In this document: in pieces, positions 47,442 through 56,454 of the stretch
Position numbering within the stretch: the first letter of the stretch is position 1
Layout: the number at the start of each line of letters is the position of its first letter
Origin: Candidatus Latescibacterota bacterium
GTDB taxonomy: Bacteria > Latescibacterota > UBA2968 > UBA8231
Direction: 5' to 3'
DNA: 64,000 bases
NCBI GenBank assembly: GCA_965197905.1
Contig: CBDAOB010000004.1
Location: 1,984,001 to 2,048,000, forward strand
Translations under genes and position numbers: made by a program
The notes under the pieces: model-generated
The model's database searches: none
Seen by the model: only the letters and a program-made list of their open reading frames with translations
Told to the model about the DNA's origin: nothing

Positions 47442-49499
47442 GTGCCCGCTAGTCGATTCGCAGCCGCATTGGTCCTCGCACTCGGGATAGCAGCAGTTTT
47501 GCGGTTTGCTGCATTGTTATGGGGAACACCTGCCCACCATCCCGACGAATTCAATCTCGTTTATTGGCCGCTCTACTTTTTTAGTGGCGACCTGAATCCG
47601 CAACACACCGTTACTGCATTCTACCCCGCTCTGCAGTATTACCTTCTGGGGTTTCTCTACGCCGTCTATTTCCTACTGCTAAATCTCCGAGGAGTGCCGT
47701 GGACAATCGACGAGCATGTTGCCCACGGGTTTTTCTGGGGCGCAGACGATTTGCTTTCGCTCGCGCGCTGGACGAGCGCCGTTTTCGGTGTAGGCACGGT
47801 GTTGGTTGTTGCCCTGATCGCCAGGGGGCTGTATGGGCGCAAGGCCGCCGCGATCGCCGGCATGTTGATGGCGCTTTGTTCGATCCACGTCCGCCAAAGT
47901 CCCCTGGCAGCGGTAGACGTTCCCATGACCTTCTGGTACGTGGGTGCGATGTGGGCCAGCGTACAGTTGTTCCACAACGGCGCAAGGAGCCTCTACCTCC
48001 TTGCGGGGGGTCTGGTCGGTCTGGCAGCCGCCACCAAATATCCCGGTGCCCTCGCAGGCGCTGGTGTTTTTGCCGCCCATGCAATGGCGCGACGCAGTTT
48101 TGCGGATCGCCGCATCTTGCTGTCCGCCTTCGCTGCCTTGGGCATGTTCTTCCTCGCGTCCCCTTACACCATCCTCGATTACGGTGTGTTTCTCGACCAT
48201 TTCCAGAGGGAACTTTCGCACCTTCGCGGGGGACACGGTCAGGACCTGGGACTGGGTTGGTGGTACCACTTGAAGGTTAGCATCCGGTACGCATTCGGGT
48301 GGGTGGGCCTGCTTATATTTGGGGGGGTGGTCGTCGGCGCCGTTCGGCGCCGGCACCCTTCGTGGATTCTCTTGGCGGCCTTCGCCAGCTACTACCTGGT
48401 CATGGGGTCCGGCCAGGCCGTGTTTGTGCGTTACGCCTTGCCCCTGATCGCCTTGCAGGCGGTGCTTATATCCGGATGGCTGGGAAGTATCCGCAGCCGG
48501 TGCTGGCAAATGGCTGCCATTCTTCTGACCCTCGCTGAGCCGGCGTACGCTTCGACCAGGGTCTCCCAGCTGTTGAGTGCGACGGATACCCGACTACAGG
48601 CGAGTGCTTGGTTGGATCAGCATGTGTCTTCGGGAACGGCCTGTTGCAACTTTGGTGGATGGGCGGGCGATCCGGCGCCGGTCACGGTGCAAGACCTATG
48701 GTGGAAGATCCGCCATTTCGAACGAGGATTTGGGCAGCGGCAACTGGACGAAATGGTTCCGTTTCTTATGGGCACGCTTGACCGACCCGTCTTCAACTTC
48801 GTCGTCGGGCACGATAAATTACAAGATGCGTACGGCGACATGAGCGTGGTGGACAAATTTCGGTGTGAGTACGTTCTGCTGCATCGACATCCCCTCGTTT
48901 ATTCATTTGTCGATTCAAGCTTTGCTGAGCAACTCAAGTCCGCCGCATTTCGAGTTGCCCGTTTCGAGCCCCCTGGTTTGAGCCGATCCAGGCCGACTTA
49001 CGATCCGATCGACGGATACTACGTTCCGATCGCCCATTTTGGTGCGCTGCGGTGTCCCGGTCCGGACATCGAAATATGGAGAACGAGCGCCAGCGATTTC
49101 CCGTCTGGCCGCGATTCAGCGGAGCGCTCTTTCGCTCGAGCATACGCAAGCGCGGGAGCGATAAGCCTGCAACAGGGTGATCCCGCCGACGCCTTGGAAC
49201 TCGTCCTACGCGGCTTTACCTTGGACAAAACCTACGCGGGCAACTACATGGTCTCGGCACACGCGTATCGAGCATACGGTCAACTCGATCGAGCACGTCA
49301 GCTCTTTGAAAAGGCGCTTGCTATTGTTCCGGATGACCTACACACGCGGCTAGATCTGGGCAACCTGCACATAGCTATGAACAATCCACAACTGGCGGCC
49401 GGCTGTTTCAAACGAATCCTGTCGTCGAATCCGAATCACCCTGACCGACTGCAGTTGCAGCATTTTATCCAGCGGCAGGAGACCAGTTTACCTGACTAG
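47442..49499 (+). CDS. GT-C (ArnT/PMT, GT39/83-like) membrane glycosyltransferase with C-terminal TPR
   Basis: LRF...HHPDE, many TM helices, GLAAATKY, FVRYALP, DTRLQASAWL; TPR helices at the C-terminus. Confidence 0.8.
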   Translation: MPASRFAAALVLALGIAAVLRFAALLWGTPAHHPDEFNLVYWPLYFFSGDLNPQHTVTAFYPALQYYLLGFLYAVYFLLLNLRGVPWTIDEHVAHGFFWGADDLLSLARWTSAVFGVGTVLVVALIARGLYGRKAAAIAGMLMALCSIHVRQSPLAAVDVPMTFWYVGAMWASVQLFHNGARSLYLLAGGLVGLAAATKYPGALAGAGVFAAHAMARRSFADRRILLSAFAALGMFFLASPYTILDYGVFLDHFQRELSHLRGGHGQDLGLGWWYHLKVSIRYAFGWVGLLIFGGVVVGAVRRRHPSWILLAAFASYYLVMGSGQAVFVRYALPLIALQAVLISGWLGSIRSRCWQMAAILLTLAEPAYASTRVSQLLSATDTRLQASAWLDQHVSSGTACCNFGGWAGDPAPVTVQDLWWKIRHFERGFGQRQLDEMVPFLMGTLDRPVFNFVVGHDKLQDAYGDMSVVDKFRCEYVLLHRHPLVYSFVDSSFAEQLKSAAFRVARFEPPGLSRSRPTYDPIDGYYVPIAHFGALRCPGPDIEIWRTSASDFPSGRDSAERSFARAYASAGAISLQQGDPADALELVLRGFTLDKTYAGNYMVSAHAYRAYGQLDRARQLFEKALAIVPDDLHTRLDLGNLHIAMNNPQLAAGCFKRILSSNPNHPDRLQLQHFIQRQETSLPD

Positions 49500-50027
49500 C
49501 TTGGAGATCTGCTTGAACTCAGGTCTGTCGGCCCGCCCCAGCAACTCGAACAACGCCATTTCGACGGAAGTGATCTCAACACCAGCGCGCTCCATCCTGC
49601 GGAGTCCAACCTTCTTGTTCTCCTGCGTGCGCGAGGCAACCGCGTCCCCAATGACCTCTACGTGATAACCACTTTCCAATAAATGTATCGCTGTTTGATA
49701 TACGCATACGTGTGACTCGAGCCCTACGAGCAGAACCTGCCGGCGACCCGTGGACTCGAGCGCCTCGACGAACTCCTGCAGGCCACAGGCACTAAAGCAA
49801 TTCTTCGGCTGCGGTTCGAATCCTTCCAAGAGCTCTGCCAATTCGGGGATGGTGCTGCCCAACCCCTGTGGATACTGCTCTACCCAGAGAACAGGCAGGT
49901 CGAGAATTCTCGCCCCGCGAACCACGGTCCGCAGTTTGGCCACAAGTGACGTCCTCTCGGCCATTGCGGATACCAGCTTCTCCTGGACATCGACGATCGC
50001 GAGAGCAGTATGGCTCTGGGTAAGCAT
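49488..50027 (-). CDS. Isochorismatase-family hydrolase
   Basis: IVDVQEKL, EQYPQGLG, KNCFS, ESHVCVYQT. Confidence 0.92.
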   Translation of the reverse strand: MLTQSHTALAIVDVQEKLVSAMAERTSLVAKLRTVVRGARILDLPVLWVEQYPQGLGSTIPELAELLEGFEPQPKNCFSACGLQEFVEALESTGRRQVLLVGLESHVCVYQTAIHLLESGYHVEVIGDAVASRTQENKKVGLRRMERAGVEITSVEMALFELLGRADRPEFKQISKLVR

Positions 50028-50030
50028 GGA

Positions 50031-50735
50031 TCAAACTCCTGGGTACCGGTTCAAGAGATCGCGCACAAGAATGAGAAGCATGTCGAAAGGATCCCTCAAT
50101 ATGCATTTCCACACGGAGATCGTTGAACCAGGGGCGTTCCTCCAATGCACCGGAGCAAAGAAAATCTTCAAGCCAAATTTATGGGCCAGGTAAAAGATCT
50201 CCACGTCGATGGTCCCTCCGTCGTTGCGACAGTTTGAAAAAATGAGCTGGGCGGCCTCGCGGGTAAAGGCTTTGAACCCGCACTGACTGTCCGCAACCGC
50301 CTTCTTGAATACGAAAAGGTGTGCGAAAATAAGAAACGTCAATCCCATGATGCGCCGAGCTCGGCTCTCGCCCTCCTGATAGGTGCGCACCCCAACAACC
50401 AAATCGTGACCGCTCTCAAGGCGGGGGATAAATGCTTCGACCTCCTCGATTCTGGTCGCGTGGTCAGCATCCATAAACAAGATGCAGTCCCCCTTAGAGT
50501 CGAGACAGCCTGCCTTTACGGCCGCCCCTTTCCCCATGTTGCGTGGCAAACGCAGCAGCCTCACCGCTGGATGGGGATTGGAAGTTACGAGTTCCCCAGT
50601 GCCATCGGTGCTTCCGTCGTCCACTACCACAAGTTCGAAGGGGTAATCTGCGTGTGCGAGGTATTCCAGCGCATCCCGAATGGTTGCCTCGATTCGATGG
50701 CTCTCGTTATAGGCTGGTATTACGACCGACAACAT
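50031..50735 (-). CDS. GT2 polyprenyl/dolichyl-phosphate glycosyltransferase
   Basis: SVVIPAYNE, VDDGSTD, NMGKGAA, FMDAD, DSQCGFK. Confidence 0.9.
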   Translation of the reverse strand: MLSVVIPAYNESHRIEATIRDALEYLAHADYPFELVVVDDGSTDGTGELVTSNPHPAVRLLRLPRNMGKGAAVKAGCLDSKGDCILFMDADHATRIEEVEAFIPRLESGHDLVVGVRTYQEGESRARRIMGLTFLIFAHLFVFKKAVADSQCGFKAFTREAAQLIFSNCRNDGGTIDVEIFYLAHKFGLKIFFAPVHWRNAPGSTISVWKCILRDPFDMLLILVRDLLNRYPGV

Positions 50736-51337
50736 GGCCATTCCTCCACCTTGACACCCCGTAGATAGAAGAAAAAGAGGCCGCGCTCGAATCGTTCGAT
50801 GCGAACGTCGGAACGCTTCAGCAGCTCAAAGATATCTGACCAGTTGCGCAGCCACCAACTGATACAATCCTGCTCTTCGCGGAGCTGGGTGCCGAAACAT
50901 TTGACGGATGGGGGATAGACCGGGATGGGTAGCTGACAGAGCCAGAAAATCAACCGCAGGTAAAACGTGTCGAAGTGATCGATGAGGAACAACCTGCCAT
51001 TTCCTTTTAATACTCTCTTCGATTCCCCGAATAGAAGCTCTAGATTCGACGTCGTACGGAAGTGGTGAAGGGAATGGGTACAGATCACGCGATCGAACGT
51101 AGCCGACGCGAAAGGCAACCGGGTGCCGTCTGCAACGATTCTGGAAAAGTGTTGCGCCGATTTAGTCGGGCGGTACAGATCGAGACCGTAGAGCCCTTGT
51201 GCCCCGGATGCCGACATAAGATCCAGCGCCTCTCCGGACCCGCACGCGATATCCAGTGTTTTGATGCTAGTGGTATCGCCCAGTAAACCGAGACGCCGGA
51301 GCTTTTTTCGGTAGGTGCGCAAACGCCGTCCCACCAA
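50720..51337 (-). CDS. Class I SAM-dependent methyltransferase (start probably further upstream, near 51415)
   Basis: LDIACGSG, LPFASATFD, SLHH. Confidence 0.85.
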   Translation of the reverse strand: MVGRRLRTYRKKLRRLGLLGDTTSIKTLDIACGSGEALDLMSASGAQGLYGLDLYRPTKSAQHFSRIVADGTRLPFASATFDRVICTHSLHHFRTTSNLELLFGESKRVLKGNGRLFLIDHFDTFYLRLIFWLCQLPIPVYPPSVKCFGTQLREEQDCISWWLRNWSDIFELLKRSDVRIERFERGLFFFYLRGVKVEEWPCCRS

Positions 51338-51451
51338 CGCCTTGCTGTGGTAGGCTCCGAGCCAGGGTTCGGTTTCTGGTTGGTGAGATTTCGGGTGACG
51401 GCTATGGTCGGTCAGGGGTACGCCCTCTCGATGCTGGGGTGGAAGGTGGTG

Positions 51452-52474
51452 TCATAACCATGCTGCTTGTTTCGCCCACTGGACCGCTTGTATCATTCCT
51501 CGCGACAGATCCGTGATTGGACGGTAGCCCAATACCGCCTTCGCTCGCTCGATGCTACATCCCATGTGACGGGCGGCCTCGCCGGCTAGGTGTAGATCCA
51601 TCGCGTACAGATCCAGCCGCGCCAAGAATTCGTCAAGAAAAGCGCATGCTGTGGCCACAAACATGGGGTATCGACGCGGGCGGACGGTAACGCCTTGCGC
51701 CTTGGCAATCTCATCGAATACCTCTCGCCAACGATAGACGGGATCATCGGCGACGAAATAGGTGTTTCCGGCTCCACCGGGAACCGTCAAGGCCAGTCCA
51801 ACACATTGTACCAGATTGTCGATGTACACCGCGCTCACCGCATTCTCTCCATCGCCAAACATGGGGGGGCGCCCGTCTCTCGCAGTCAGAAAGGCTCGAA
51901 GCTGGCGACGGGGAAAACGTGGACCGTAAATTGTAGCAGGCCTGAGCACGACCGCTTCCGTTTCCGTTCCCTCAATCGTTGCCCACACGACCCGTTCGCC
52001 CTCTAGCTTGCTTCTGCCGTAATGACTCTCCGGGTTAGGCGGATCGCTTTCGCGCATGCGATCGGATGCGCTGTGCCCAAAACCGGCTGCGGCATTGCTA
52101 CTGATGTAGACCACACGCCGAGCTCCGGTTTCCGTTGCTACGCGAACTATGTTTTCCGTGCCATCTCTATTTATCGCATAGAGTTCGGAAATCTTCGCTG
52201 GGTGGATTATGCCGGCCGCGTGCAGCACGAGATCGGGATTCGAGCTGAACGCCCGAGCCACCGCGTTTTCATCACGAACGTCTGCGGCGTGGATCTCGGC
52301 CACTCGGTCCGGTAGCCCGCCCTGGGTGACCTGGTCGGGGGCGACCATCACGTGCCAACGATAATCGCGCAGCGAACCCTGCCAGAATGGATCGTCCGCC
52401 GAGTCCAAACGTTGCAGAAAACGATTCGTCAACCAACCCGGAAAGCCCGTCAGCAGCCCCAGCTTACGCGGCAT
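51452..52474 (-). CDS. NAD-dependent epimerase/dehydratase
   Basis: LTGFPGWL, HAAG, YISS, YGRSK, LRPATIYGP. Confidence 0.88.
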   Translation of the reverse strand: MPRKLGLLTGFPGWLTNRFLQRLDSADDPFWQGSLRDYRWHVMVAPDQVTQGGLPDRVAEIHAADVRDENAVARAFSSNPDLVLHAAGIIHPAKISELYAINRDGTENIVRVATETGARRVVYISSNAAAGFGHSASDRMRESDPPNPESHYGRSKLEGERVVWATIEGTETEAVVLRPATIYGPRFPRRQLRAFLTARDGRPPMFGDGENAVSAVYIDNLVQCVGLALTVPGGAGNTYFVADDPVYRWREVFDEIAKAQGVTVRPRRYPMFVATACAFLDEFLARLDLYAMDLHLAGEAARHMGCSIERAKAVLGYRPITDLSRGMIQAVQWAKQAAWL

Positions 52475-52479
52475 GTCGA

Positions 52480-53850
52480 TTACCGAAAGAAGGTGGGATA
52501 CGCCTTGCCTTCCGCCTCCCGCTTTATCAGCAGGGCGAGTTCCATCAAGTGGTAATCGCCCCACATGGCAGATTCGCCGCAGGGTATCTTACGACCTCGG
52601 GGAACGTAGTCCCATCCGTTGGGTTGATGGTATATGGCGTGCAAGAGCAAACCCTGATGTCCGGGGTTGGCCGAGAGGTAGGGTAGGTCCAGCAATGCGT
52701 CGGCGATGGTCAGGCCAGCGGAACGATACCGATGCCCGTCTGCACTATTTTTCTTCAGCAGGTAGTTGCCCAACCGCAAATATCCTTGAGCGCAGATGGC
52801 AGCCGCGGAGCTATCGAGCGGCTCCACATCGTTGTGCGGGTCTGATGGTTTCTTCGTTATCCTACCAAATCTAAGGGTTCCCGGCGCTCCCGTGTCCCAA
52901 AACGGGACTCCATCCGCAAAGCTGTTATCAAGGTAAAACTCTGCGGTAGCCCGCGCGGCTTTTTCCATTCTCTGGATTATCGAACGTTTGGATCCGAATG
53001 GCTGCACGTCTGCTGCTTTTATCTGGGCGAAGTATTCGAGCTGTTCGGCGTAGCCGCATAAGATCCATGCCAAGCCACGAGTCCAGGTGGAGAAGGGAGA
53101 GTACCCCTGTTGGGTACTCGGACATCTATATTGGCCATCCGCCACGTTGAATATGGACTCGTGGGCGACTCTCCCAGGAACGTCGAATGAATCGCGGTCG
53201 TCGCCATAATACACGTTGAAGCGAGCGGTTGTGTCTGCATGTTCAATCAACCGGCCGAGCAGGCTCACCCTTTCGTCCCCCTCTGCCATGAGGACGTGCC
53301 CCAGTGTATGCGCCAATCCAAGTATGCGGAGGGAGCGGAGGGTATCTGAAAATAAAGACTGTGGACCGTTGAATGAGTGGATGTACCCACTGCCATACGC
53401 CGTTTCGCTCCAACGGGAAGCCTGGACGGCGCCCGACACCTTTATCGCCAGCTCATAGAGATCCAATTCTCGTTGGTGGAACGGAATGCGGCCCTCCAAC
53501 ATGAGGCGCCTCAGATTTCCATACGTCGACATGTTGTTGAAACCATGGTCGTGAACACCAACATGGGACACGTGCGGGGCCATCTGCTTTACCGTCAGCT
53601 CCCGGCCCATTTCTAGAAACTGTGTATCTTCCGTCATGTCGAACTGAAGTATGGCGCAGCCGTACTGAAATCCTTGAGTCCACTCAGTCCAACCGCGCGT
53701 AGTGTACTTACCCCGCTCCGTAAAAACCGGAGTTCCTTTGGCGGGATTCCAACGACGGTTCAATTCGTGAATCTTGCCGGCGCTGAGCTCCAGGAACCGG
53801 TCAATTTTCGGGTTCAGGGTGGACGCAGTTAGGCCAGTTGCGATGCGCAA
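52480..53850 (-). CDS. Glycoside hydrolase, GH88-like (unsaturated glucuronyl hydrolase fold)
   Basis: WTEWTQGF, HDHGF, STQQGYS...STWTRGLAW, DSSAAAI, WGDY. Confidence 0.75.
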   Translation of the reverse strand: MRIATGLTASTLNPKIDRFLELSAGKIHELNRRWNPAKGTPVFTERGKYTTRGWTEWTQGFQYGCAILQFDMTEDTQFLEMGRELTVKQMAPHVSHVGVHDHGFNNMSTYGNLRRLMLEGRIPFHQRELDLYELAIKVSGAVQASRWSETAYGSGYIHSFNGPQSLFSDTLRSLRILGLAHTLGHVLMAEGDERVSLLGRLIEHADTTARFNVYYGDDRDSFDVPGRVAHESIFNVADGQYRCPSTQQGYSPFSTWTRGLAWILCGYAEQLEYFAQIKAADVQPFGSKRSIIQRMEKAARATAEFYLDNSFADGVPFWDTGAPGTLRFGRITKKPSDPHNDVEPLDSSAAAICAQGYLRLGNYLLKKNSADGHRYRSAGLTIADALLDLPYLSANPGHQGLLLHAIYHQPNGWDYVPRGRKIPCGESAMWGDYHLMELALLIKREAEGKAYPTFFR

Positions 53851-53985
53851 GTAGCTTGCCCTTTCAGTTGGAAATTTCGCGAAGAAATTATTCCCATGCT
53901 TATGTCCGGTCAACCAGATCGAGCATGAGCACATTGACGATTTGCTGGAGACAGTACGGCGTTTTCGCTACCTTACGGGACACCA

Positions 53986-56454
53986 ATGCCACGTCCAAAT
54001 GCCAGACTACTCACCTCCAACCTATTCCTTGCCACCACCCTGCTCGCCGGCACAATACTCCGCTTAACGGGATTCACTCGGGGAGCAAGCGATTCTTCCG
54101 AAGATGCCCTCAGTACGGGCGCGGGCAGCTTCCATCGCTTCCATCCCGATGAGGAACTCGTAGTTGGCGGCGCCCTGGTTCCGTTCGACTGGCTGACTCC
54201 TCCCTTTACCGTTTACGGAATCCTGCCGGCTCATCTTCTGCGACTCTCGCTTTACGTCTTGGGCTTGATTTTCGATTGGCCGCACCTCGATCTTGAAGAT
54301 CCCGAGAGCGTCCGTCGTGTCTATTACGTTGCAAGAGGGCTTGCCATCTTCTTTTCTCTGGGCACGATGCTACTGGTATGGCTCATCGCAAGAAGACATA
54401 TGGGAAGCCTGCAAGCCAATCTGGCGTTGGCCTTTGTTGCCTACGCGCCAGGAGCGGTGCAACAAGCCCATTTCTTCATCGTCGACGGTCTGTTCGTATT
54501 CGCGGCCACGGCGGCACTCGGTGCGATCATCGAGGCTGCAAAAACGAGAGATGTCATCTGGTTTGCGATCAGTGGGCTGATGATAGGCGTCTCGATCACC
54601 GTTAGAATGAACGGGGTCGCGCTGGCGGCGGTTCTCACGATCTTCTGTCTGGTCGGGCACGGCGGGATGCTCGCGCGAGGAAGCCGAAACGCTGCGTTGG
54701 CGCACCTTGCAGTCGCCTTCGTAGCTGCTCTATCCACGGTGATCCTGGTGCAACCTAATTTGGTTGTTCGGCCGGATCTTCTTTTTCTCGCCAATGCCCC
54801 CAAGGATTTCAGCCTCGCTGTCCAGTTTGCGCGCGGCGAGATTCTTCAACCCTGGAACCTGATCGACTACCACGCCCTGCCGTATATCTACCATTGGACG
54901 GATCTGTTGCCCTTGGCTATTGGCGCGGTGGGGACCGTATTCGGCGCGGTTGCAGTTTTTCATGCGGTTCGAGTCGGTGGAAGTGCGCACCTGGCTCTTT
55001 TCATGTGGCTGGTTCTTTACTTCCTGCAGTTCGGCGGTTTGTTGGCAAAATCGGTGCGCTACGTCCTGCCGATGGTTCCCGTTATCGCAATTCTGACCGC
55101 CGACCTTCTGGCACGAATCCGGTCCAAGCGACAACGGCTAGGTGTCCTGTTGATCGCGGTGGCAACCTTGCCGACCGCGGTCGCGGGTATCTCCTTCGGA
55201 CAGGTGTATACCGAAACAGACAGTCGTCTACTGGCGGCCCGCTGGATCGAAAGGAACGTACCGTTGGGAGGCTCGGTGGGGGTGGAAGGGGGTGGCTTCT
55301 CCGTGCACGGCCTCTTGAACGAATCCCGGATTGAGAAGACCTGGCTCGATCTGCCACAGATTTTCTACACCTCTCCCTATCTGCTTTGCGGCAGCCGATT
55401 GGATCTCTTGCGACGGCGCCTGGTGAAGATGGACTTCCTCGCTGTTGTCGATGCCAACCGGATGGCTCAGTACCGGGCTGTGCCGGATCTCTTTCCCGTC
55501 GTCGCCGGCTTCTACGACAAACTGGTCGATGAACGGTTGGGGTTCGAGCTCGTGAAGCGGTACAAGGTGAGTCCCGGTCTCTTTGGGATGCAATTCGACG
55601 ACAGCAGGTCCGAACCGTCGTTTATCGGCTACGATCACCCGGCCGTTCTGATCTATCGCGCCGACAGAAGCAAGATGGATACATCGCTGAAAATGTGGCG
55701 ACGCGAGCTGTTCAGCGACGACAACTGTTCCGACAAGCTGTTACTTGCGGCCGCGAGCGATCTCAACAGTGGAAACTACGAATCGGCCCAGCTGAGGGTT
55801 GCCGACACCCTGAGCAAATTCCCCCATGCGAAGACGGCCTATCTGCTTGAAGCCGAGATCCACTCGATTCAAGGCCGGCATGCCGCCAGCGCGGCCGCAC
55901 GGCAGAGGTACGAGCCTGAAAGCGGCGCCGGCGGTACCCTCCAGGCCGCCAACTACGGCACCATCCATCTCATTCCCTCGTCCTCCGCGCTAACCCTTGT
56001 GGAGCTTGGCCTGGAGGATTTAGCGGTGCGGATTCTGGAGGAAGGCCTGGAGGGAGTCCACAGATACGACGAGGATGTGGCCAAAGCTACGGCGTCGTCC
56101 TACTCGGAGGTCGCGAAGATGATGTTCGAGAAACGCCGGTTAAAGGAGATGGAGCAAACCCTGAATCTTTCCCTGCGGATTCATCCGACATCCGCCGCGC
56201 TGAATGTTCTTGGCACATTGGCCTACGGCCACGGCAAGACGGTGGTTGCCATGGATCATTGGGAACGATCGTTGGAAATCGAGGACAAGCAGCCCCAGAT
56301 CCACGCTCTGCTGGGGAAGGCGAATCTCGACAAAGCGGGAGATGCCACGTCTGCGTATCACCATCTCGAGCGTGCCATTCTCCAGGATTCCAACATGGCC
56401 CCCCAGCTAAAGCCCTGGCTCGCCCGAGCAAGCGCGCTTTCCGCCAAGCAGTGA
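53986..56454 (+). CDS. GT-C membrane glycosyltransferase with C-terminal TPR
   Basis: FHPDEE, QQAHFFIVD, VRYVLP, DSRLLAARWI, EPSFIGYDHP. Confidence 0.8.
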   Translation: MPRPNARLLTSNLFLATTLLAGTILRLTGFTRGASDSSEDALSTGAGSFHRFHPDEELVVGGALVPFDWLTPPFTVYGILPAHLLRLSLYVLGLIFDWPHLDLEDPESVRRVYYVARGLAIFFSLGTMLLVWLIARRHMGSLQANLALAFVAYAPGAVQQAHFFIVDGLFVFAATAALGAIIEAAKTRDVIWFAISGLMIGVSITVRMNGVALAAVLTIFCLVGHGGMLARGSRNAALAHLAVAFVAALSTVILVQPNLVVRPDLLFLANAPKDFSLAVQFARGEILQPWNLIDYHALPYIYHWTDLLPLAIGAVGTVFGAVAVFHAVRVGGSAHLALFMWLVLYFLQFGGLLAKSVRYVLPMVPVIAILTADLLARIRSKRQRLGVLLIAVATLPTAVAGISFGQVYTETDSRLLAARWIERNVPLGGSVGVEGGGFSVHGLLNESRIEKTWLDLPQIFYTSPYLLCGSRLDLLRRRLVKMDFLAVVDANRMAQYRAVPDLFPVVAGFYDKLVDERLGFELVKRYKVSPGLFGMQFDDSRSEPSFIGYDHPAVLIYRADRSKMDTSLKMWRRELFSDDNCSDKLLLAAASDLNSGNYESAQLRVADTLSKFPHAKTAYLLEAEIHSIQGRHAASAAARQRYEPESGAGGTLQAANYGTIHLIPSSSALTLVELGLEDLAVRILEEGLEGVHRYDEDVAKATASSYSEVAKMMFEKRRLKEMEQTLNLSLRIHPTSAALNVLGTLAYGHGKTVVAMDHWERSLEIEDKQPQIHALLGKANLDKAGDATSAYHHLERAILQDSNMAPQLKPWLARASALSAKQ